A stretch of 10,958 nt of DNA. It comes from Verrucomicrobiota bacterium. GTDB taxonomy: Bacteria; Verrucomicrobiota; Verrucomicrobiia; Verrucomicrobiales; DEV007. Below, one piece after another: positions 1-8,000 of the stretch. Location of the stretch: positions 1-10,958 of the forward strand of contig JASFYY010000160.1 in the NCBI GenBank assembly GCA_045046875.1. Direction: 5' to 3'. Made by a program: the position numbers and the translations under genes. A model generated the notes under the pieces. That model did not search any database. It saw only the letters and a list, made by a program, of their open reading frames with translations, and was not told where the DNA came from. Numbering within the stretch: position 1 is the stretch's first letter; each line of letters starts with the position of its first letter.

Positions 1-143
1 CCTTTTTCAATAAATTTGGCACTGATACCCGTGCCGGCACCTGCGGCGATGATAGGCTCCCCTTTTCCCAGAGTATCCCGTAAACGCTCAATGACTTCCT
101 CTCGTGTGTATGGGTTTCCGACCCCTGTCCATGGATTTGGCAT
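1..143 (-). CDS. Phosphoenolpyruvate hydrolase-like family TIM-barrel protein (PEP_hydrolase / 'TIM-barrel signal transduction protein'), 5' part only; runs off the left edge
   Basis: Not in the ORF track. Manual translation from the ATG at 143-141 gives MPNPWTGVGNPYTREEVIERLRDTLGKGEPIIAAGAGTGISAKFIEKG..., open to the window edge. PIIxxGAGTGxSAK is the N-terminal signature I recognise for this family. An SD-like AAGGTAGGA lies immediately upstream. Confidence 0.88.
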   Translation of the reverse strand, partial: MPNPWTGVGNPYTREEVIERLRDTLGKGEPIIAAGAGTGISAKFIEK

Positions 144-144
144 A

Positions 145-153
145 TCCTACCTT
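145..153 (-). promoter_or_regulatory. Ribosome-binding site of the PEP-hydrolase-like gene
   Basis: The minus strand reads TTTAAGGTAGGAT-ATG, a purine-rich AAGGT/AGGA directly upstream of the start. Confidence 0.6.
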
Positions 154-239
154 AAACCACAAGCCTACTCAATCCATAGTCCAAATACACATTCGGATTT
201 CACCCCAAGCTTACCCGCAATGCAAGCCACTCCACACCG

Positions 240-1685
240 CTACCTGGCTTGTTTCTGCTTTATCCATTTTGCCGATTCGGGTCGTCGAGGGCCTTTATCA
301 AAAAATCTTTGAGCACTGCCAATTTGATTGTAATCGCCGATGTCGGCCCTGGCATCATTGGCGACTTCCAGCAGTCGCGCCACGATTTCCGGATGACTTG
401 CAGCCACGTTTTTGCTCTCACCAAGATCCTGATCCAAGTTGAAAAGCAGAGCTTTATCCGGCGTGATGTTATCCAGCGGAGCGATGTGAGTGTTGCGGGC
501 AAATTTTTGCCACTTGCGGCCTGCAACTCGTGGCAGATGCAATTTCCACGAACCTTGGCGAACCGTTTGCAATTCGGTCGTCAAATAACCGAAGAAAGTT
601 TTGTCCCGAGTCGCCTGATCAAATTTTCCCTGCAATAAGTGGCTGATGTCCTCGCCGTCCATCTTGCGATCACCGGGAACATCCACCCCGCCCAGAGCGG
701 CGAAGGTCGGCAAAAGATCCATGGTGGTGGCGATGGAGGAGCAGGTGGTGGCGGGGTCAATTCGGCCAGGAGCCCAGAAGATCGCGGGGATCCGGGTGCC
801 GCCTTCCCAAGTGGATACCTTACCACTGCGCAGCGGTCCCGCCGATCCACCGTGATCCTCCGGCCGACTGCCATCTTTGCGCCCTCGATTTTTGCTCAAC
901 CAAGGGCCATTGTCCGAGGTGAAAATAACATAGGTCGATTCGGCCAATCCCATTTTCTGAAGGGCGTCAAGAATCCGACCGGTGCTGTGATCGATTTCGT
1001 TGATGACATCCCCGTAGAGACCGCGGGGCGATTTGCCACGAAAATCCTTTGAGGCTGCCAATAGGGTGTGGGGAAGATACACAAAAAACGGACGCTCTTG
1101 ATTCTTGCCGATAAAATCAATGGCCTCGTCGGTGTAGCGTTTCGTCAAGGTGGACAAATCCGTCTCTTTCTCGATCAGCTTTTCGTTGCGATAAAGGTCC
1201 ACGCTTCGATCATTGCTGGACGGCGTGCCATAGAAATAATCGAAGCCCTGAAGATTAGGCATTAGATCGGGATTAAATCCTCTCTGTTTATGGCCCGCCT
1301 GATCCCACTTGCCGAAACAACCCGTCGCGTAGCCGCTTGTTTTCAACACCTCGGCGATCGTAATCTCCTTGCTGTGGAGAACGGGATGGGTATTTTTACG
1401 GTTGTTGGCTTCAGCAACGCGCATCGGATAACAACCGGTGAGCAGTGCCGTTCGACTGGGGCCGCAAATGGGTTGGGCATAAAAAGAAGTGAAACGCATT
1501 CCCTCCCGCGCCATTTGATCAATGCGGGGCGTAGCAATTTTTCCGCCAAAGCAACCCAAGTCCCCATAACCGAGATCGTCGGTAAAGATGATGATGAAGT
1601 TAGGCGGAGCACTTCCTTTGTCAGCCGCATTTGCGGCTCCGGGCAAAAAGGTCAGAATAGCGAGAGTTGTAAGAAATATTTTCAT
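240..1685 (-). CDS. Formylglycine-dependent (S1) sulfatase, arylsulfatase A/GALNS-like, secreted; atypical His motifs
   Basis: Signal peptide MKIFLTTLAILTFLPGAANA. Motifs present: PNFIIIFTDDLGYGD, CGPSRTALLTG (CxPxR, Cys codon 1464-1466), GFDYFYG, FTSDNGP, GKVSTWEGGTRIP, MDLLPT and LFNLDQDLGE. It has GKWD in place of GKWH and a shortened PH segment (see findings). Confidence 0.95.
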   Translation of the reverse strand: MKIFLTTLAILTFLPGAANAADKGSAPPNFIIIFTDDLGYGDLGCFGGKIATPRIDQMAREGMRFTSFYAQPICGPSRTALLTGCYPMRVAEANNRKNTHPVLHSKEITIAEVLKTSGYATGCFGKWDQAGHKQRGFNPDLMPNLQGFDYFYGTPSSNDRSVDLYRNEKLIEKETDLSTLTKRYTDEAIDFIGKNQERPFFVYLPHTLLAASKDFRGKSPRGLYGDVINEIDHSTGRILDALQKMGLAESTYVIFTSDNGPWLSKNRGRKDGSRPEDHGGSAGPLRSGKVSTWEGGTRIPAIFWAPGRIDPATTCSSIATTMDLLPTFAALGGVDVPGDRKMDGEDISHLLQGKFDQATRDKTFFGYLTTELQTVRQGSWKLHLPRVAGRKWQKFARNTHIAPLDNITPDKALLFNLDQDLGESKNVAASHPEIVARLLEVANDARADIGDYNQIGSAQRFFDKGPRRPESAKWIKQKQAR

Positions 1686-1728
1686 GAAAGGCGGTAATTT
1701 TTGGCACTAGTTAAAAATAGCATCGGAG

Positions 1729-3123
1729 TCAGGGCAGCGGTGAAACCTCTTTCGCCCAAGCCTCGTGAAGCCCGCGCAAACGGTTGACGATGTCAGGTTC
1801 ATCCGCCGCGTGGTCAGCGACTTCAGGATCTTCTTCCGCGAGATTGTGCAGACTGTAGTGAGCTTTGGCCTTGGCTCCTCGTCCCTGTTTACAGATGAGT
1901 TTCCAATCGCCCTCCCTTACGGCCCAGGACTTGATCCATTGAAAATGAAGAATCTTATGAGGCGAAGGCGCATCAGCAGATTTGATCACGGATAACAAAC
2001 TTCGACCGTCCAGTTTTGCCGCAGGCGGCCCGGCATCGCACAATTCCAGCAGTGTTGGAAACCAGTCCATGACGGTGATCGCTTGATGACGCACCGCCCC
2101 CTTAGGCAATCTTGCAGGATAACTGATGATGGCCGGCACCCGGATGCCGCCCTCGAGAAAGGTTGATTTGTGACCGATCCATTTTCCCGTATATCCACCT
2201 CCACCATGGGCGCTGTAGTAGTGACCTTTTGGCAAGCCGCTGCGGTGATTGTCTACTTCGATCCGCTTGTCCTCGACCGAATGCCCGTTGTCGCTCATAT
2301 ACACGACAATAGTATTGTCACGCAGACCAAGTGATTCCAAACGCTCAATAACACGGCCAATATTTGCATCCGTCATGGTGACAAAAGCGGCGTAGCTGCG
2401 CCGTGGTTCTTCAAGGTCATCATACATCTTGTGGAATTTTTCGGGAGCTTGCTCAGGATAATGCGGAGTGTTGAAGGGAAGGTAGAGGAAAAAGGGCCGG
2501 TCCTTGTTCGCCGTGAGAAAACCCAAGGCTCGCTCAACCATCAGATCGGGAAAAAACTCATCCGGCTTAAATTGTTCCTGTGTGCCTTCGTAAAGATCAT
2601 GGTAACCGGTCTGATGCAAAAAGTAGTGATTGAAATTGTCAATGAATCCACCCCGCAAACCAAAAAATTCGTCAAAACCCTGCCGGGTCGGTCCGGAACT
2701 TTCCGCCGCACCCACATGCCATTTGCCGAACAGCGCAGTGCGGTAACCTTTCACTTTGAAAGCCTCTGCAAGAGTGATCTCTTCGACGCTCATGTTGAGC
2801 CCGGTCCTGGCCTTGAGGTTCCCCTGGGTCCAGTCGTTGACACCGCCGCGTTGCGGGTGCCGCCCCGTCAATAACGCGGCACGCGTAGGACAGCACACCG
2901 TATGGGCATAGGCCTGAGTGAAGCGAACCCCGGTCTCCGCCAATCGATCGATATTGGGTGTGCGCAAATCCATCGCGCCATAACAGTGCGCATCAAGTGT
3001 GCCCTGATCGTCCGTCAGCATGATGATGACGTTTGGCGGACGATTGGTATCAGCGCCAAACAACCCGTTGGCAACAACAAAACAACCGATGCAGATTAAA
3101 AAATATTTCGTACTAACGACCAT
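1729..3123 (-). CDS. Formylglycine-dependent (S1) sulfatase, arylsulfatase-like, secreted
   Basis: Motifs present: PNVIIMLTDDQG, CCPTRAALLTG (2881-2895), GYRTALFGKWH, GFDEFFG, PFNTPHYP, MSDNG and KSTFLEGGIRVP. I moved the start from the track's 3210 to the ATG at 3123 (MVVSTKYFLICIGCFVVANGLFGA, signal-like). This start is 1 nt after the upstream stop (TAG-G-ATG) and removes an 86-nt overlap. Confidence 0.94.
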   Translation of the reverse strand: MVVSTKYFLICIGCFVVANGLFGADTNRPPNVIIMLTDDQGTLDAHCYGAMDLRTPNIDRLAETGVRFTQAYAHTVCCPTRAALLTGRHPQRGGVNDWTQGNLKARTGLNMSVEEITLAEAFKVKGYRTALFGKWHVGAAESSGPTRQGFDEFFGLRGGFIDNFNHYFLHQTGYHDLYEGTQEQFKPDEFFPDLMVERALGFLTANKDRPFFLYLPFNTPHYPEQAPEKFHKMYDDLEEPRRSYAAFVTMTDANIGRVIERLESLGLRDNTIVVYMSDNGHSVEDKRIEVDNHRSGLPKGHYYSAHGGGGYTGKWIGHKSTFLEGGIRVPAIISYPARLPKGAVRHQAITVMDWFPTLLELCDAGPPAAKLDGRSLLSVIKSADAPSPHKILHFQWIKSWAVREGDWKLICKQGRGAKAKAHYSLHNLAEEDPEVADHAADEPDIVNRLRGLHEAWAKEVSPLP

Positions 3124-3124
3124 C

Positions 3125-4819
3125 CTACTTTTTATCCGGAACAAGTTTTCCATGCGACAGACCCGGCCAGTCATCGGTTTTAAATAAAGGCGCGGGGAGA
3201 CCCGAGGCATTGGTTAAATTAGCACCTTCAGGATTACTTGCCCAGGCGTAACGCACCGTCACAGGTTTTTTCACTTCGGGTGAAGATACCACCACGGATT
3301 GATCTTCTATCACAGCCTCAGCCCATACCCAAACACGATCATCACCGGCAATCTGAAAACCCTTCAGGGCTTCGCCATTCGAGCTTTTCAAACCATCGGC
3401 ATGATCAAAATTAACTTTTACCTGCCCGTTCTTTACTTTTGCTTCGCGATACAAAGGACCACTGACAACAAGTTCGCTTTTTCCATACACTTCATGCAGC
3501 GCCCACCGTGCCAGGCGATCACCTACCTTTTTTTTCTCACGTGGATGCAGAGTGGTGTCGCTGCCGTCATTGATCACGGCCAGTCCGCTTTTTTTCGTCG
3601 AACGCATCACCTTGAATTGAGCCCACTGAAGCTCAGCCCATACACTTTCACCGGGTTCGGTGGGTGGGCCTTTGATGTTAGCCAGTTGGACAATATAAAA
3701 AGGCAAGTCAGCGCGGCCCCAACGTTGCCTCCAATCCGCTATCATAATTGGCAACAAGGTCTGATACTGCTCAGCCCGCTCACGATTGCTTTCACCTTGG
3801 TACCACAAGACTCCGCGGATACCGAAAGGAACAATCGGGTGAATCATGGTGTTGAACATATTGCAGGGCGTAAAGCGTTTGGCAGAGGGGTTACCCACGG
3901 TCAGGGGAAGACGCGGAATGCGTTCCTTCTTGCTCCGTGCTTCCCGCATTTTCTTGCGCCATTCGGCCATCAATTTTTTTACCTCTTCGGGAGGGGTTGC
4001 CGTAGCAGGATCGAAAGCTTCAACTCGGTTCTGAAATGTTTCCCATAATGGCCGGGTAGCAGGACTGGACAACAGAGCTTCGCGACTGGTCCAATATTCT
4101 GCGAGTGTCGCTCCCCAGGCGCTGTCGATCAAACCGATGGGAATATCGGCTTCAGCACGAATCTTTCTGGCAAAATAATAACCAACGGCAGACACATTCC
4201 CGGCAGAAGCTGCGTCCGCCCGCTTCCAGGTTCCCTTGCAATCATTAACCACTTCCAGAGGTGATGCTTTTGTAGGGGCAACAAGAAAAATGCGTAACAA
4301 CGGATCCTTCACACTCGCTGACACGTCTTTCCACTCCTGGCTCTTAATCGATGTCATCGCCATATTCGACTGGCCGGAGGCAAGCCATACATCACCCACC
4401 AGTATGTCGGTAAATTTGATGATATTGTCGCCACGAATAACCATCGTCTGCCCTTCCCTACTCGTTTTCAAAGCAGCCAGTTGCACTTTCCATCGCCCCT
4501 CTTTTCCGCTGACGGTCTTAACCGTTTGAGCAGCGAACTCCACGGTGACCGATTCACCCGGATCGCCCTGCCCCCACACGGTGATCACCTCGTCTCTTTG
4601 CAATACCATTCCGCTACCGAAAATGGCGGGCAGGCGTATCCCGGCCATCACATTCAAGGGCAGCAACAAGGCCAGCACAAAAACTATCCACGACAACCCT
4701 TGCCCAAACATGGGAAACGGCAGGGAAAGGCGCTCTTTTTCAATCCAGAGTGATTGCATAAGGACACAACCCTTCCACAAATTAAGCAAGAATACCATTG
4801 CCCAAATCCACAATCGCAT
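3125..4819 (-). CDS. Sialate O-acetylesterase-family (SASA / SGNH-type) carbohydrate esterase, secreted
   Basis: Motifs present: LPAIFGSGMVLQRD, GDVWLASGQSNM (catalytic Ser), SAVGYYFA, PIGLIDSAWGAT, GVLWYQGESN, LPFYIVQLA, LHPREK and VRYAWASNP..NLTNASGLPAPLF. The true start is uncertain. The ATG at 4759 or at 4711 (MFGQGLSWIVFVLALLLPLNVMA) gives a more normal signal peptide than 4819. Confidence 0.93.
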   Translation of the reverse strand: MRLWIWAMVFLLNLWKGCVLMQSLWIEKERLSLPFPMFGQGLSWIVFVLALLLPLNVMAGIRLPAIFGSGMVLQRDEVITVWGQGDPGESVTVEFAAQTVKTVSGKEGRWKVQLAALKTSREGQTMVIRGDNIIKFTDILVGDVWLASGQSNMAMTSIKSQEWKDVSASVKDPLLRIFLVAPTKASPLEVVNDCKGTWKRADAASAGNVSAVGYYFARKIRAEADIPIGLIDSAWGATLAEYWTSREALLSSPATRPLWETFQNRVEAFDPATATPPEEVKKLMAEWRKKMREARSKKERIPRLPLTVGNPSAKRFTPCNMFNTMIHPIVPFGIRGVLWYQGESNRERAEQYQTLLPIMIADWRQRWGRADLPFYIVQLANIKGPPTEPGESVWAELQWAQFKVMRSTKKSGLAVINDGSDTTLHPREKKKVGDRLARWALHEVYGKSELVVSGPLYREAKVKNGQVKVNFDHADGLKSSNGEALKGFQIAGDDRVWVWAEAVIEDQSVVVSSPEVKKPVTVRYAWASNPEGANLTNASGLPAPLFKTDDWPGLSHGKLVPDKK

Positions 4820-5010
4820 TCCGTAAAGGAGATCGCATGGTTAAAAGTATGTGACCTACTGCTGCCAAATCAACAATGGGAACTACATGGAGCCGCAATC
4901 CGGAAAACCTATAGCTGAAATAAAAACGACAGCTGGTGAAATCCGACGCTCCTGAATCCTGCGTATTATCAGAACCTTATAAATGGCTTTAAACATATCG
5001 GAATTCCCCG

Positions 5011-8000
5011 CTATTTTTTTGGCACATCCTCTTTAACCTGGGCCATCGCCGCATCCAGCTCCTCTGCCGTCCACGGCAAAGCTCGGTCACTTGTCGCCGC
5101 GCGCACCTGGGTCACTGTGTCCGCACTCACGACCCCTGCCCCGTTATCCCATTCCCTGCGAATATAGGTCAGTATCGCAGCAATGTTTTTATCCGTCAGG
5201 GCGGGGTTATCCTTCTGCCCGGGCATGACAAGATTCCACTCCGTCCTATTAACCAGCAAGGGCCCATAAATGCCCTGAAGAATGATCCGAATCAGTCGTT
5301 CTTCCGAACCCACCACCCACGGCGAGTTCACCAGTGGCGGAGCCATGCTCGCCATCCCCCGCCCGTGAATCTGGTGACAGGCAATGCAAAGCCCCTGATA
5401 TTGACTGCGCCCTAATTCGAATTGCGCCTGTTCCAATTTGCTCAAAGGGCGAACCTTCGCACGCGAAGCCTTATTGCTCTTATCTCCGGGCCAGGTCACC
5501 AAGTGCTCAACTCTGGCTGCTGCCTCAAGCACTTCGGGAGATCCGCTCGACCGCAGCTTGACCAGAGACGGCGGCTCACGCTCCAGCAAAAAGGCTCGTC
5601 CTTTTTTAGATGCCCGCAATACACCCTGCAGCAGGTTCACTTGTATCCCCGGATTGTCCTCACCAGCGATCACCGCTAACAGTTGCTCCACTTTTTCCGG
5701 CCTGCGCTGACGGAAAATCACCGTAGCGAGTTCACTTAAAAATACCCCACGGCCACCCATAGGCCGCTTACCGAAACCCGGCAGATCACGAAGCACTTCG
5801 AGGAAAGCCAGTTCGCGGCCCGCAATCCCACTGATCGCAGCATGGCGGAAATGCGGGTCTTCAGCATTTCCTAGGAAAATTTGCGCCATCATTCGCAAGG
5901 CTCGCTCGTCTTCGTGAACTTCCCCCAGACTTAAGAGTGTCTGCAGTTGCACCCACGGGTCAGAATCCTCTCCCGATTTTAGAAGCTTTGATAGGTATCC
6001 GGCATCCTTGATTTGGCTCTCTCCTATCCGCACTGCTGCCGCGCGGACTTTTGGATTTGTGTCCGACATCGCCGCCATCAGCGTTTCCATTTCCGTCGCT
6101 TTCAAGCCCTCCAAAGTCCACAAAGCATGCAAGCGGCCAAGCGGATTCCCTCCATCACTGGCAAGCTTACGCAAAGCTTCCACCGCTGCCTCTCCACCCC
6201 GCTCCACCAGCAGACGCTGCGCCGTGTCTCTCCACCATCCGTTAGCGTGGTTCAATGTTTTCACCAGTTCCTCCACACTTGCCCCCTCTAAATCAGGCAA
6301 TGCTCCCGGCAATGTATCTTCATGAACAATTCGGTAAATCCGACCCAAGCCCACGGGAGTATTAAGCTTGCGCTCAATAATCTGTTCCCCCAGAAATTTA
6401 TTCATGAACAATTTATACTCGATGACCCCTCGATAAAAATCGACGATATAAAGACAACCATCCGGCCCCGTTGTGGCCTGCACCGGCCGAAAACGTTCAT
6501 CGCTCGATACCAGAAATTCCCTCTCACCCCAGTCCGGATCCGGCGTCAGCTTGTGAACCGCTTCGAGCCGGGTTCCCTTTTCCTTGAGCGTGAAGCGCCC
6601 CACCACATTACCCGCTGGCTCCGGCACAAAAGCATTGCCATAAAACTCCGCCGGATAACGATCCCCCCTGTAGATTCCCGGCGATGTTGCTGCTGTGGTG
6701 CGTGCCAATCTGCCATCTTCACGCAACATACCCTCGGTGTTCCCCGCCACCACACCGGGATTCAAACGAATCGTATGCACCTCCTGATTTGCGACCACCC
6801 GCTCATAAATCCCCGACGGTGAGAACAGGTTGGGCTGACGCACCATATAACGAAAGGGAATGAAATCGGCATGCAACCAGCTCGCGTTTACGTTGGCAAA
6901 GATCCGGCCATAATCATCCTGGGTCACACCAAAATCACCTCGGTAGGCATCCGGCGCAGTGATCAATTTGCCGTCACGAAACTGAAAGCGCTCAGGTAAT
7001 CGTGTGTTCACCATCCAGTTATCCAGCCCACGCAGCAGTCCGCTCGCCGTTCGTGAGGCGGCATCACGCTGCCCGTAGCTCTCGTAAACCGATGTTTTTT
7101 CATCACAAACGAGATCGTCATCGGTATCGCGACAATACCACAGCGTCGGCGGCGCACCGATCAAAACCCCGCCCTCAACAAAAGCAATCGCACGCGGCAT
7201 CACCAGGTGATCGAGGAATACGGTTCGTTTGTCCATGATTCCGTCCCCGTCTTCATCCTCCAACACCACCACCGAACCCGTCGGCTCGTTTTCATCATCG
7301 CCTTCCAGGTTATGCATATAACCCCGCATCTCCACCACCCACAGCCGCCCCTTGGCATCCCAGGCACAAGTCACCGGATCCTCGACCAGCGGTTCGGTCG
7401 CCACGGCCTCGATGCGAAATCCCGGCGGCAATCGAAATGATGCAATGGCTTCCTGCGGAGAAAAAATCGGTGCGGGGGGTAGGTTCATATCCCGCCAAAA
7501 ATCCTGCGCCACGTCTGAACGGATCTTTCGCCTTTCGATAAAAGATTTTGGTAACATTTTTTTAACCGTGGATATAATCTGGTCCTCAACTTCCATTGCA
7601 AGTCGGGACGGCTTATCATAGTTGTCCATCGAATCATCCACCTCGTAGCCCCCTTCACGAATCAAACGCTTGGATGCAATGTAACCAGGAGCATCATTGG
7701 CATAAGCGCTTACCCAAAGTTTGCTCTGGTCGAGTTCCCGCTTCAATCGCAGGGTATAGTCGATCACAACCTCTCCTGCTAAAAATACCATTGCCAGGTC
7801 TTCTCCGAATGCCCAGGTCTGGATAGGGTAATCGAATGACTGCGGAATTTTTTCGCCTCGATCCAGGCGATCAAGCATCAACTGGGCATGGAAAGCCCGG
7901 CGTTTGTTATCCTTGAGCCGCTCGGTCAGTTCCTTTCTATCGGGCACGTGCTCAAAAGCAAGTTTGATACTGTTCAAGCGAGTTTGCGGAAGAACATTGA

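Noticed and set aside
197..225. TTGCAT-N17-TGAAAT sigma70-like promoter, and GG/GC sigma54-like spacing, upstream of the PEP-hydrolase-like gene
   Set aside because: The -10 lacks the conserved second-position A, and the GG-to-GC spacing is 8 nt rather than 10.
3124..3210. Track start at 3210 for the second sulfatase
   Set aside because: It overlaps the esterase by 86 nt and puts 29 extra residues ahead of the signal-like segment. The ATG at 3123 fits better.
3299..4048. 249-aa plus-strand ORF, and the other plus-strand or alternate-frame ORFs in the track
   Set aside because: Nearly all lie antisense to or inside well-supported genes and have no recognisable motifs. They are consistent with shadow ORFs.
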